Below, piece by piece: positions 29,571 through 39,186 of a DNA stretch of 64,000 bases. Each line of letters opens with the position of its first letter. The stretch's first letter is position 1. The DNA is from an uncultured delta proteobacterium (GTDB taxonomy: Bacteria; Desulfobacterota; Syntrophia; Syntrophales; Smithellaceae), in contig CAVWEH010000005.1 of the NCBI GenBank assembly GCA_963753975.1, positions 224,001 through 288,000 of the forward strand. The letters run 5' to 3'. A program made the position numbers and the translations under genes. Under the pieces are notes generated by a model. The model was not told where the DNA came from. It searched no databases and was given only the letters and a program-made list of their open reading frames with translations.

Positions 29571-29879
29571 CTACTCCTTATCTTCTTCCGAAAACCGAGC
29601 CTCGTCGACCATGGTGATGGCTTTGGTCGGACATTCTTCAGCGCAGATGCCGCACCCCTTGCAGTATTCGAGGTCGACTTTCGGTGGTATCGTCCTGGAG
29701 ATGACAACTTCCGGACAGAAGAGCCAGCACATAAAACAGGCCTCGGCATTTCTTTTGCACGGTATGCAGAGGCTTGTATTCAATACCGGCCGCTCCACCC
29801 TCCATGATCCGGTCCTTCCTCCATCGCCCGGCCCTGCTTCGCTGTGGGAAGTTTTTCTCCTGTAATTTCTGGTGCCCAT
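29571..29879 (-). CDS. porD: 2-oxoacid:ferredoxin oxidoreductase delta (ferredoxin) subunit
   Basis: TGSWR..RP, CFMCWLFCPE, YCKGCGICAEECP. Confidence 0.9.
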   Translation of the reverse strand: MGTRNYRRKTSHSEAGPGDGGRTGSWRVERPVLNTSLCIPCKRNAEACFMCWLFCPEVVISRTIPPKVDLEYCKGCGICAEECPTKAITMVDEARFSEEDKE

Positions 29880-29881
29880 TT

Positions 29882-30442
29882 TTATCCTCCGGTCACAGTT
29901 CGTTCAAAGGCAATCTTTGCCGCCAATGAGTTCTTTTCGGGCCCTCGTGTCTCGAATTCCTCTTCAATGCCTTTGATCAGAATATCTATTCCCAGGAAGT
30001 TCGCCGCTTTTGCCAGCGATCCGATTATCCCTGTATTCACCATACCGTGAGGAAGGCCCGCCTCAACCGATATAGCCGTAATGTCTGCAGTTGCCAGCCT
30101 GTAATCCTTAAAGTCGTAGTATTCAAAAGACTTTGGCGTGTTCAGAACGATGACCCCGCCGGGCCTGAGGCCGCGCGTTACATCCACCTCGGCCAAAAGC
30201 AGATGATCAAGGACGACAATGATATCCGGGGTCTCGATGGGCGATAAATCATATATTTTCTGTCTGGAAATCTTCAGCGATGTCATGACGGGTGCACCCC
30301 GGCGCTCCGTGCCGAATGTCGGAGCCATGACAACTCCGGAATAGCCGGAGACGAAGGCAGCTCCCGCAACTATTTTTGCCGCCGTTATTGCGCCCTGTCC
30401 GCCTCGTCCATGCCAACGGATTTCGATAAATTCCTTGTTCAC
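29882..30442 (-). CDS. porC: 2-oxoacid:ferredoxin oxidoreductase gamma subunit
   Basis: EIRWHGRGGQG, FGTERRGAPV. Confidence 0.92.
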   Translation of the reverse strand: MNKEFIEIRWHGRGGQGAITAAKIVAGAAFVSGYSGVVMAPTFGTERRGAPVMTSLKISRQKIYDLSPIETPDIIVVLDHLLLAEVDVTRGLRPGGVIVLNTPKSFEYYDFKDYRLATADITAISVEAGLPHGMVNTGIIGSLAKAANFLGIDILIKGIEEEFETRGPEKNSLAAKIAFERTVTGG

Positions 30443-30523
30443 GACTACATCCTGGTCTTAATTCTCACCTAATGTTTATGCCGAAATTCCAGCGATTTCT
30501 TGCCGGCGATTCCGAATCACAAG

Positions 30524-30635
30524 CATGAACCCCGAAAGTTTGCGACTCATTACAACTTACCAATTCCGACGTGTGACTTCTTGTGACCTTCAGGTTATTA
30601 GGTTATACGTTCCGGTTGCGGGATTGGAGTTTCAC
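30524..30635 (-). repeat. Probable divergent copy (E) of the dispersed structured element
   Basis: Minus strand: gtgaaactccaat...gtcggaattg...cggggtt-catg, starting immediately after a terminator T tract. Confidence 0.4.
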
Positions 30636-30636
30636 G

Positions 30637-30670
30637 AATAAAAAGGCCATGGCTTTTTCATCCACGGCCT
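30637..30670 (-). terminator. Rho-independent terminator downstream of the 5'-nucleotidase gene
   Basis: Minus strand: ggccgtgg-loop-ccatggcc-tttttatt. Confidence 0.65.
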
Positions 30671-30836
30671 GGAAAACATTTCTGACATCCGGAATAACAA
30701 ACAAGTGAATCTTTGAAATTATCTCGTTGCCCTATCCCGACATGCGCCATAGGCTAAGTAATTCAACTAGTCGCTATTAACGCACCGTGTTAATATTCCA
30801 GCTCATTAAATGAGCTAGAATAAACCAACAATGTTG

Positions 30837-32819
30837 TCAATATTTAATTTTCCACCTGTCTTCCCTTCTTCTTTTTATTTTCTTAGAGATGATTCTGACG
30901 ATGAAAAATATTATACAGAAAGACAGCAATCCCATAGTCAGAAGCGCTAAAACCGTGGGTACTGTTGCCCGGGATGTCAGAGCATCCGGATTCCAGCTTG
31001 CCTGTATTGCGATGCGCCCGAGCCCAGCTTTGTATTTTTCCGGCAGATCGGGAAGTCCGTCGCCGTTTACGTCCGGGAATGACCGGACATATTCGATCAC
31101 TCCCCGCCATTCTTTCAACTCCTGTATGCCGCGCTGGGATTTATCCGCATCCACCCGCATATCCGCTAGATTTTTCACGGATCTACCTTTTTTATCTTTC
31201 GGAATGATAGTGAGGAAATGATAGGTATAATCCCCGATTACTTTTAAAAAGGCGGCATTATAAATATTAGCCGCCACCCGGTAAAGCCGTTTGTTGGATT
31301 GACTGTAGTCAAAATTTTTGTATCCTTCTTCGTCGCTGCCTATTTCAATATTTGTTACCCTGTCAAAAATTACGCGGTGCGGATTATAGGTAAAGCGCAG
31401 GCCGGAAATTTGCAGAAAATAGTCATATCCCCTGCGCGGGTAAACGCTGGTTAAAATTTCCAGAACCCTTTTTATTTCATAACCGTAAAGGTAAAAACTA
31501 ATCAGCGGATAACCCATCGTAGAATCTGCATCCATCCCGACACCCAGCGGTATAGTACGAAATAAATCTTCGACGGTTATTCTGCCCGTATTGCCGGCGA
31601 TCAAATTATCACGAATAACTCCGTTGAACTCCACGGCAACGTCAACATGGCTTGCCGGATCATTTGCTTCCGAGTCAGACTTGTTTACATACCAGCGAAT
31701 GGAGTCGGCAATCATGTTACCCAGCGGCGATTCATCCGCGCCGATTTCCAGATCCCAGTTAGTATGGGCGATTACCTGGTCATAGCTCAAACCGAAGCCT
31801 CGGAGAAATTGTGTGTTTATTTTTTGTTTGAAGCCTTCAATCGTCTTTTGAATCGCCGCATCGCCGACGATAGAGCTGTTGATGACAACTGTCCTATATT
31901 TTTTCAGCACGATCTTTTTTTTGTCGCAAGCGATATCCAGAACGCCAACCTGCTTTCCGTAAGCCCCGGCGTGAAGAATGATCGTATTACCTATTTTAAG
32001 CGGAGTTTGGTTCGCAACATGCGTATGCCCGCTGACAATCACATCGATCCCCTTGACTTTGCGGGCGAGAATTTCGTCTTCGGATTTGCCGGTATCTGCA
32101 TTGAGGCCGCAGTGCAAAAGACAGATAACAATATCCGCCTTTTCCTTTTCGCGCAGTATGCCTGTTACTCTGCGGGAAACTTCGATAGGATCGCCAAAAG
32201 TAATAGGCTTCGCGAAAGGAGCTACCTCGGCCGCATTCTTGCCCATAATGCCGAAAATCCCGATTTTGAGTCCTGCGCGGGTCAAAACAATGTAATCCTT
32301 TACGCCGACATCTTTAAAGGCTTCCTTCAAACTATCGTCAGTGTGATTTTTTTTATTAAAAATCGCGCTCGCAAAAACGACTTGTGGCATTCCGCCATAG
32401 GCTTTGGCGGTTTCCAAAATCCGGGCCAACCCCGCCGGTTTCAGGTCGAATTCGTGATTACCCAGGGTCACGGCATCGTAGCCCATCGCCTTAAGCAGCC
32501 GTAATTCAAACGCTTCCTCGCGCGCCAGCGTGTGGAAAAGGGAACCCATCGTATAATCGCCGGAATCCAGAACCAGCACTGTATTTTTTCTTTCTCTTTT
32601 TGTTTTTTTAATTACGGCAGCGATGCGCGACCAACCACCGAGGGTTTTATCGACGCCGGCATCAAAAGGACGATAGTCTATTTCCGGAGAAAATCCCTGT
32701 AAGTGCGAGTGCAGATCGTTGGTGTGCACGATGGTAAGTAGTTTTTCCGCCGCCGGCAAATTTGCGGAAAAAGAAAAAAATAGGGCGGCAAAAATAACGG
32801 CAATGCGCGGCAGTTTCAT
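30837..32819 (-). CDS. Exported 5'-nucleotidase / UshA-like metallophosphoesterase with C-terminal membrane anchor
   Basis: Signal peptide, HTNDLHS, DSGD, GNHEFD, SGHTH; C-terminal TM and basic tail. Confidence 0.9.
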   Translation of the reverse strand: MKLPRIAVIFAALFFSFSANLPAAEKLLTIVHTNDLHSHLQGFSPEIDYRPFDAGVDKTLGGWSRIAAVIKKTKRERKNTVLVLDSGDYTMGSLFHTLAREEAFELRLLKAMGYDAVTLGNHEFDLKPAGLARILETAKAYGGMPQVVFASAIFNKKNHTDDSLKEAFKDVGVKDYIVLTRAGLKIGIFGIMGKNAAEVAPFAKPITFGDPIEVSRRVTGILREKEKADIVICLLHCGLNADTGKSEDEILARKVKGIDVIVSGHTHVANQTPLKIGNTIILHAGAYGKQVGVLDIACDKKKIVLKKYRTVVINSSIVGDAAIQKTIEGFKQKINTQFLRGFGLSYDQVIAHTNWDLEIGADESPLGNMIADSIRWYVNKSDSEANDPASHVDVAVEFNGVIRDNLIAGNTGRITVEDLFRTIPLGVGMDADSTMGYPLISFYLYGYEIKRVLEILTSVYPRRGYDYFLQISGLRFTYNPHRVIFDRVTNIEIGSDEEGYKNFDYSQSNKRLYRVAANIYNAAFLKVIGDYTYHFLTIIPKDKKGRSVKNLADMRVDADKSQRGIQELKEWRGVIEYVRSFPDVNGDGLPDLPEKYKAGLGRIAIQASWNPDALTSRATVPTVLALLTMGLLSFCIIFFIVRIISKKIKRRREDRWKIKY

Positions 32820-32850
32820 TTTCCCTCCTGCAGGGTGCGTTCTCCCTTAA

Positions 32851-34509
32851 TCATTTCTTAGCATAAATTTCCGGTGCGGAAAAGCGTTTATCATCCAAGA
32901 ACGACTCGATTTTTGTAAGCAAGCCGGAAAGAGTCGTTTTGTCCAGAGCCGAAACAGGAACGGCATTAAAGCGCCGACAGAGATTTTGCAATAGATCCTT
33001 ATCGGCAATGCGGTCGGCTTTATTCAATACTCTTATCGCCGGCTTGTCCTGAATATCCAATTCTTCCAGGATTTTTTCCACCGCCGAAATTTGATCTTCA
33101 AACTGATTATTGCTGACGTCAATTACATGCAAAAGAATATCGGCTTCGTTAAGCTCATCTAGGGTCGCCCGGAACGCCGCAAACAATTCCTGCGGTAAAT
33201 TGCGGATAAAACCTACCGTATCGGTGATAATCGCTTCGGTATCCCGGGGAAAACGAAGCCGGGCGCTTTTTGTATCCAGCGTCGCGAAAAGTTTATCTTC
33301 GACCAATACTGAACTTTTGGTGAGAGTATTGAGCAGCGTGGATTTGCCGGCATTGGTATAGCCGACGATGGAAATGACCGGCAGCTTCGATTTCCGCCTT
33401 TTGCCGCGGCGCTCATGCCGTGATTTCGTTATCGCTTTTAAATCTTTTTCCAGACGGCTTAAGCGCTCGCGAATACGGCGACGGTCAATTTCTAATTTTG
33501 TCTCGCCCGGACCAACACCGCCGATACCACCGGCCAGTCGCGAAAAGGAAGTAGTGAGATGCGCCAGCCTCGGCAGCATGTACCTGAGCTGCGCCAGTTC
33601 CACCTGAATCTTTCCTTCCCGGCTGTGCGCCCGCCTCGCAAAAATATCCAGAATAATCTGAGTGCGGTCGAGAATTTTCAATCCGGTGAAATCATTGATG
33701 GAGCGCACCTGCGCCGGAGTCAGTTCGTGATCGAAAATGAGCATGTTCGCACCTATTTGCGTGGCGCGCAGGCCGATGGCGGAAAGCTTTCCTTTACCCA
33801 CCATATATTTCGGATCAGGCTGCGGGCGGTATTGGACCAGACAGTCGAATACTTCCACACCGCAGGTGCGCGCCAACTCGGCAAGTTCAGCAAGCGATGC
33901 TTCCGCAACAGATCGCTGATTTTTTTCCACTCGCAAAAGAATGGCTTTTTCCGCCGCTTCCATCCGGCGATATTTTTGTTTTTTGGAAAATTCTTCCTCC
34001 AACACCGCAATAAAAGAAAGAAAATTAATGCCGAGCCGGCGCGGCTCTTCGGGGTTCATGATTAACCAGTACTTTCCTGCCGGATTTTCCGGAATCAGGT
34101 GCGCTAAATGGAGCGCTCCCGCGGAGCCATCCGGGCGGACCTCCAGTGCGCCGATCATGTCCAGACGCAGGTGCGATAAATCGGTTAAATCCTCGCCGGA
34201 GAGACCTTCCGAAGTTAGATGAGTATGAATCAGGCGCAAACCTTTAAACCGCGAAGACGACGAGCGGAATCCTTCCAGAGCAGGAATTAAAATGCTTTTA
34301 TTGTCGCCTACGATTACCGTGTTGATTTCGCCTTTACGGCTGATGAGGAGCCCAATTTGGCGATTAATATCGCGGGAAAGAAGAGACATCCGCCCCGCCA
34401 GTTCCGGGCTGATAATATTTTCCGGAGGAATACCTTTGCGGTAAAGGCGCTCTATTTGTTTGATTTGAGCGGCGCCTAATCCTGCCGTATTTCCAAAAAT
34501 TTTATTAAT
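32851..34509 (-). CDS. hflX: GTPase HflX (long N-terminal form), apparent ATT start
   Basis: GPGETKLE, GYTNAGKS, LFATLD, DTVGF, NKAD; frame continues 40 codons upstream of ATG 34389 as INKIFGNTAGL...IERLYR. Confidence 0.93.
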   Translation of the reverse strand: MNKIFGNTAGLGAAQIKQIERLYRKGIPPENIISPELAGRMSLLSRDINRQIGLLISRKGEINTVIVGDNKSILIPALEGFRSSSSRFKGLRLIHTHLTSEGLSGEDLTDLSHLRLDMIGALEVRPDGSAGALHLAHLIPENPAGKYWLIMNPEEPRRLGINFLSFIAVLEEEFSKKQKYRRMEAAEKAILLRVEKNQRSVAEASLAELAELARTCGVEVFDCLVQYRPQPDPKYMVGKGKLSAIGLRATQIGANMLIFDHELTPAQVRSINDFTGLKILDRTQIILDIFARRAHSREGKIQVELAQLRYMLPRLAHLTTSFSRLAGGIGGVGPGETKLEIDRRRIRERLSRLEKDLKAITKSRHERRGKRRKSKLPVISIVGYTNAGKSTLLNTLTKSSVLVEDKLFATLDTKSARLRFPRDTEAIITDTVGFIRNLPQELFAAFRATLDELNEADILLHVIDVSNNQFEDQISAVEKILEELDIQDKPAIRVLNKADRIADKDLLQNLCRRFNAVPVSALDKTTLSGLLTKIESFLDDKRFSAPEIYAKK

Positions 34510-34560
34510 AGCCGTTTTCCCTACGAAGCGGTTCCCCCCAACGCACCGTCAATTAAAATG

Positions 34561-34590
34561 AATCTACCATATTTCATTCGGACTAGTCAA
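34561..34590 (-). promoter_or_regulatory. Putative sigma70 promoter of hflX
   Basis: TTGACT-18 nt-TAGATT with an extended TGn. Confidence 0.45.
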
Positions 34591-34660
34591 AACATCAAAA
34601 AGTCAAGAATAAATACTGAAGATAGAAGAATGGAGATAAAAGAAGCTTTGATCTCTTGAA

Positions 34661-34753
34661 CATGGTGTGATTAACCCCGATATGCTTCGCAATCGGGATA
34701 ATTCGACATACCAACATGGACTGCGCTTTGCTTGTCATGTTGGAGTCTCATTA
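34661..34753 (-). repeat. Dispersed structured intergenic element, copy C
   Basis: Minus strand: taatgagactc-caacatgac-aagcaaagcgca-gtccatgttg-gtatgtcgaattatcccgatt-gcgaagc-atatcggggttaat-cacac-catg. Confidence 0.8.
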
Positions 34754-34787
34754 AAAATCCCCGGGAGTTGCCCTACTCCCGGGGATT
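34753..34787 (-). terminator. Rho-independent terminator of the porin gene
   Basis: aatccccgggagt / actcccggggatt 13-bp stem with a T tract on the minus strand. Confidence 0.8.
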
Positions 34788-34800
34788 AAATCTCTAAACT

Positions 34801-34851
34801 GTTCGGGGAACAGTCCCTACAATTATGCAGGGCGCGTTTCCCCAAACGCGC
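34801..34851. repeat. REP-like palindromic repeat(s)
   Basis: gttcggggaacagtccctac (GTAG-type end on the minus strand) and cagggcgcgtttccccaaacgcgc; 15-nt identity with 45101. Confidence 0.5.
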
Positions 34852-34862
34852 TGCCCCCTACC

Positions 34863-36278
34863 TTAGAAGGTAAGAGTCAGTTTGTTGATGACCATATAGT
34901 CGTCGTTGAGCTTGTTGTTGCTGTCAGTACCTTTGTAAAAATCACCTACCCACCAGTAACCAACGCCCAGCATATAGGACAGGTTATTGGTGATTTTGTA
35001 AGTACCGGTAACGTCAAGTTCCCAGCCGTAAGAGTTTTTCTGACCAACCTCTGTTGTGTCGGCCATCGCGTAACTAACTGCTGCTTTGATATCCAACTTG
35101 GTAATCGGACGGATACCGCCATTAAGCTGGAAGAACCAAGCATTGGTCATGCCAATACCAGTCCCCGCGCCGGGGTTGCTCTGCATAGAAGTTCCACCGT
35201 AGCCAGGAATTGCGCCTACCCAGTAGGTGAGATCATTATTGAACATAATCAAGGTAGGATTCCAATCCAAGCCGCCGCCCATATACCCGCCTTTGACGTT
35301 AGTATTGGTTGGATCCATGTCGCCACCAGGGCCGGACATGTATGCCGCGCAGCCGCCGAAATAAAACATCTGTAGATCAACGGTGGCACCAACATAAGCC
35401 AGGATGTCCTGCAGATTTGTATGGGGAAGAGTGCCTTCGCCAGCGGAGTCTACCGAGCCCCAACTGTATATAAATTCACCTTCCAACTTAACCGGTCCAA
35501 CCTTGGCCTTGATGAAGGGCTGCAAAGAGTAGACCTCCGTCAGGGCAGTACCGCTATAGCCCAATGCAGCTATTGTCATAGATGTACCAAATTGAGGTAC
35601 CCATACTGATGATTGCGCAGCCATGCGGTCGTAAGTCCCCATCAAACCGGCTTCGCCACCCTTGAAGTTAAAAATACCAAACAAGATATACCTGTCCCAA
35701 TCGCCATCAGTGGATGTAGCTCCGGTGTTCACGGCAGAATAACTGTTGTCACCTTCCTTGTAAATGATACCGCCTAAATACAACGGTCCGATGGGCAGTA
35801 CGTATTGGATTCCGCCGGTGGCATGTCCGTTTTCAGCGGACTGGCCGAAAGTGAGTCCCCACGCGTTATCAGGAATATAGCCGACCATGAACAAACCGAT
35901 GGGCGAAGCATACTCAACGTACGCCCGAGTGAAGGCGATGTTTTGTTCTTCCGATCTGGTTGCTATCGAGTAGGAACTTTCATTAAGAGCAGCTGCTTCT
36001 CCTCTTGCACCGCCCCATATTCTATCCAAAGCGTCCCAACGGGTGACCAGCTTCAGGCCTGGAGCAACTATAAAATCCATATTGACGCGCAGCCTCTGAG
36101 TGTAGAAGGCTGTGCTGCCAGCATTACTTGCTGATCCTGATTTCGCCAAATTTATTTTATCCAGATACATTCCGGCTGCTTCAAACGAGCCGCTAAATTT
36201 AACATCGGCCGCAAAGACCGATGCGCTGAAAGCCATAACCAGCCCCAGCGACAGTAAAACTAACCAAAATCTCTTCAT
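34863..36278 (-). CDS. Outer-membrane beta-barrel protein (porin-like)
   Basis: Signal peptide, amphipathic beta strands, YGWELD..TYKI, C-terminal Phe (LTLTF). Confidence 0.8.
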   Translation of the reverse strand: MKRFWLVLLSLGLVMAFSASVFAADVKFSGSFEAAGMYLDKINLAKSGSASNAGSTAFYTQRLRVNMDFIVAPGLKLVTRWDALDRIWGGARGEAAALNESSYSIATRSEEQNIAFTRAYVEYASPIGLFMVGYIPDNAWGLTFGQSAENGHATGGIQYVLPIGPLYLGGIIYKEGDNSYSAVNTGATSTDGDWDRYILFGIFNFKGGEAGLMGTYDRMAAQSSVWVPQFGTSMTIAALGYSGTALTEVYSLQPFIKAKVGPVKLEGEFIYSWGSVDSAGEGTLPHTNLQDILAYVGATVDLQMFYFGGCAAYMSGPGGDMDPTNTNVKGGYMGGGLDWNPTLIMFNNDLTYWVGAIPGYGGTSMQSNPGAGTGIGMTNAWFFQLNGGIRPITKLDIKAAVSYAMADTTEVGQKNSYGWELDVTGTYKITNNLSYMLGVGYWWVGDFYKGTDSNNKLNDDYMVINKLTLTF

Positions 36279-36419
36279 TTTTTCCTCCTTGAATTTACAA
36301 GAGTAAAAAAACTTCCGCCTTTAAAAACGGGCATTTTCTTTAAAGACCACTCCTACGACCACATATTCCGCGGCATTTTTACGGGCTAAAACATATGCTC
36401 CGCAGAATATGTTGCAGCG

Positions 36420-36448
36420 AAACTAACACCGGCCAAAATCCTTGTCAA
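36420..36448 (-). promoter_or_regulatory. Putative sigma70 promoter of the porin gene
   Basis: TTGACA-17 nt-TAGTTT with TGn extension. Confidence 0.55.
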
Positions 36449-36500
36449 GATTTTTTTGAAAAAAAACTATTTTATTTTGACCTTTTTGCGCCATGAGGAC

Positions 36501-36516
36501 AGCAACAACTATGCCA
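36501..36516 (-). promoter_or_regulatory. Putative sigma54 -24/-12 promoter facing the porin gene
   Basis: TGGCAT-AGTTG-TTGCT matches TGGCAC-N5-TTGCW. Confidence 0.55.
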
Positions 36517-37087
36517 TATTTTGCGGCCATATTTGTCCCGGCGAAGTCCGTCCTCCGCCGGATAATATTCTGCGAGAAATCCTTGCCCTGAAACACAGTG
36601 AGGGATCTTAAAGATTTCTCGTCGTCGGCGCTCCTGGAGCGGAAGCGCATCCCGTAGGGGAGCGCAATAAAAAGCAGCCTTTCCCTTGCCGAGAATCTGA
36701 GCCCAACGGGCGAAGATTCCAACGATACAAAAGGGTATGTTCCGCTGGCCGAAGTTTACCCGACTGCCTGCCGCATTACACATAAAAAATCCCCGGCAAT
36801 ACCGATCATTTATCATAGCGACAGCCACAAGAAAGAGCAAAAATCTTATAGCCGCCAAGCTGCTAATTATAATGGAAAATGATTGCGGCGGGCGGGATTT
36901 TAAATATTTCTTGACATCAAGGTGATATTAAGGTACGTGAGGTCGCAAAGGAGATTGTGACTTGCGGTCAAATTATGACCCCTGTTCACCCGACCCAGGG
37001 CTCCGATAAAAGCGCGAATTGCCTATATTAAAACGTAGCTAGAAACGTTTAAAATCATAAAATTAAAAAGGGAGGTAGAAGAGTATT

Positions 37088-39061
37088 ATGGCTGCTGCAG
37101 AAAAGGTTCAGTTAAAGGAAGTCTATCCGGTGCCGGCCAAGATAAAAAAGACGGCATTTATCAGCGGTAGAGCGGCTTATGACAAACTGTGGAAAAAATC
37201 GATTGAGAATGCGGAAGTTTTTTGGGGCGAAATTGCGAGCGAATACGTGGAATGGTTCAAAAAATGGGATAAAGTGGAAGACTACAATTTCAACATCAAA
37301 AAAGGCCCTATCTACGTTAAATATTTTCAGGGCGGAAAGCTCAATATCTCCTACAACTGTCTGGACAAACATTTAAAAACCCGCGGCAACAAAATCGCCA
37401 TTCAGTGGGAAGGCAATGAGCCCGGCGAACAAAAATCATTTACTTATAAACAGCTGCATGAGCAAGTTTGCAAATTTGCCAACGTCCTCAAAGCCAACGG
37501 CATCAAAAAAGGCGATAGAGTTTGTCTGTATATGCCGATGGTTCCGGAACTGGCCATAGCGATGCTCGCCTGCACCAGAATCGGCGCCATTCACAGCATC
37601 GTTTTCGGCGGATTCAGCTCGGATGCGCTCAAAGACAGGATTCTTGATTCCGGCGCGAAGCTTTTGGCCGTTTGCGACGGCACTTTCCGCGGCAACAAAG
37701 CCGTCCCGCAAAAAGCGAGCGCCGATGAAGCCCTGAAATCCTGCCCCTCGGTGAAAACGGTCATCGTCGTCAACCGTGTCGGCGATAAAATCAAATGCGC
37801 TTGGACTGCCGGACGCGATAAATGGTGGCACGAGGAAATGGCCAAAGTGAACGCCCAATGCGATCCCGAATGGATGGACGCGGAAGATCCGCTTTTTATT
37901 CTTTACACCTCCGGCTCCACCGGAAAGCCCAAAGGCGTTATGCACACCACCGGCGGCTATCTGGTTTTTGTCGCCTACTCGCACAAAATGATTTTCGATT
38001 ACCATGAAGAAGATATTTTCTGGTGCACCGCCGATATCGGCTGGGTAACGGGACACAGCTACATCGTTTACGGCCCGCTGTGCAACGGCGCAACCTCGAT
38101 TATGTTCGAAGGAGTTCCCAATTATCCGACCTTCAGCCGTTTCTGGCAGGTTGTCGAAAAATATAAGGTCACTATTTTCTATACCGCACCTACGGCCATT
38201 CGCGCTATCGCCAAAGAAGGCAACGATTGGGTCAAAAAAGCGAATATCTCCTCGATCCGTATTCTGGGCACCGTTGGCGAGCCGATTAATCCGGAAGCAT
38301 GGAACTGGTATTACAATGTTATCGGACGCGGCGAATGTCCCATCGTGGATACCTGGTGGCAGACGGAAACCGGTGGAATTTTAATTACGCCTCTGCCCGG
38401 CGCCATCGACATCAAACCCGGTATGGCCACCGTGCCCTTCATGGGCGTATGGCCTGTCCTGCTGGATGACGAAGGCAAGGAATTTACCGAAACGGTCGCC
38501 AGCGGCGCGCTGTGCATTAAGAAACCGTGGCCCGGTATTATGCGGGGAGTCTATGGAGATCCCAAGAGATTCCAGGAAACTTACTTTGAACAGTTCCCCG
38601 GATACTACGTAGCCGGCGACGGCGCCCGCCGCGATAAAGACGGCTATTATCAAATTACCGGCCGTATCGACGATGTTATCAATGTTTCCGGCCACCGCAT
38701 GGGAACAGCGGAAGTGGAAAGTGCGCTTGTCGCCCATAAGTCGGTTGCCGAAGCGGCGGTTGTCGGTTTCCCTCATGACATCAAGGGACAGGGTATTTAC
38801 GCTTATGTTACCCTGAAAACCGGTGTCCAAAAATCGGAGGAATTGAAAAAGGAATTGATCGCTCATGTGCGCACGGTTATCGGGCCTATTGCCACTCCGG
38901 ATAAGATTCAATGGGCGGATATGCTGCCCAAAACACGCAGCGGCAAGATCATGAGAAGAATTTTGAAAAAGGTCGCCGCCAATCTGCTGGGCGAACTGGG
39001 TGATACCAGTACTCTGGCCGATCCCACGGTCGTTGACGATATCGTGAAAAACAGGGTGTAA
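37088..39061 (+). CDS. acs: AMP-forming acetyl-CoA synthetase
   Basis: [40 protein letters not shown]. Confidence 0.96.
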   Translation: MAAAEKVQLKEVYPVPAKIKKTAFISGRAAYDKLWKKSIENAEVFWGEIASEYVEWFKKWDKVEDYNFNIKKGPIYVKYFQGGKLNISYNCLDKHLKTRGNKIAIQWEGNEPGEQKSFTYKQLHEQVCKFANVLKANGIKKGDRVCLYMPMVPELAIAMLACTRIGAIHSIVFGGFSSDALKDRILDSGAKLLAVCDGTFRGNKAVPQKASADEALKSCPSVKTVIVVNRVGDKIKCAWTAGRDKWWHEEMAKVNAQCDPEWMDAEDPLFILYTSGSTGKPKGVMHTTGGYLVFVAYSHKMIFDYHEEDIFWCTADIGWVTGHSYIVYGPLCNGATSIMFEGVPNYPTFSRFWQVVEKYKVTIFYTAPTAIRAIAKEGNDWVKKANISSIRILGTVGEPINPEAWNWYYNVIGRGECPIVDTWWQTETGGILITPLPGAIDIKPGMATVPFMGVWPVLLDDEGKEFTETVASGALCIKKPWPGIMRGVYGDPKRFQETYFEQFPGYYVAGDGARRDKDGYYQITGRIDDVINVSGHRMGTAEVESALVAHKSVAEAAVVGFPHDIKGQGIYAYVTLKTGVQKSEELKKELIAHVRTVIGPIATPDKIQWADMLPKTRSGKIMRRILKKVAANLLGELGDTSTLADPTVVDDIVKNRV

Positions 39062-39065
39062 GCTG

Positions 39066-39107
39066 AAAGCCCGATTTTCCCTCAGGAAAGGAAAATCGGG
39101 CTTTTTT
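39066..39107 (+). terminator. Rho-independent terminator after acs
   Basis: aaagcccgattttcc / ggaaaatcgggcttt followed by a T tract. Confidence 0.8.
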
Positions 39108-39186
39108 ATAAAGTCTTTTTATAAAAAAATAAGAATGCGCGTTTTTGCTGAAAAAGCTTTAGCGCAGGATAAGGAGGTTTAAAGCT

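Noticed and set aside
29020..32504. Long antisense ORFs (e.g. 29020-29865, 31647-32504)
   Set aside because: Shadow frames of well-supported genes with no recognisable motifs.
36423..36925. Short ORFs in the porin-acs intergenic region
   Set aside because: Overlapping, no motifs or clear RBS, and they coincide with promoter elements.
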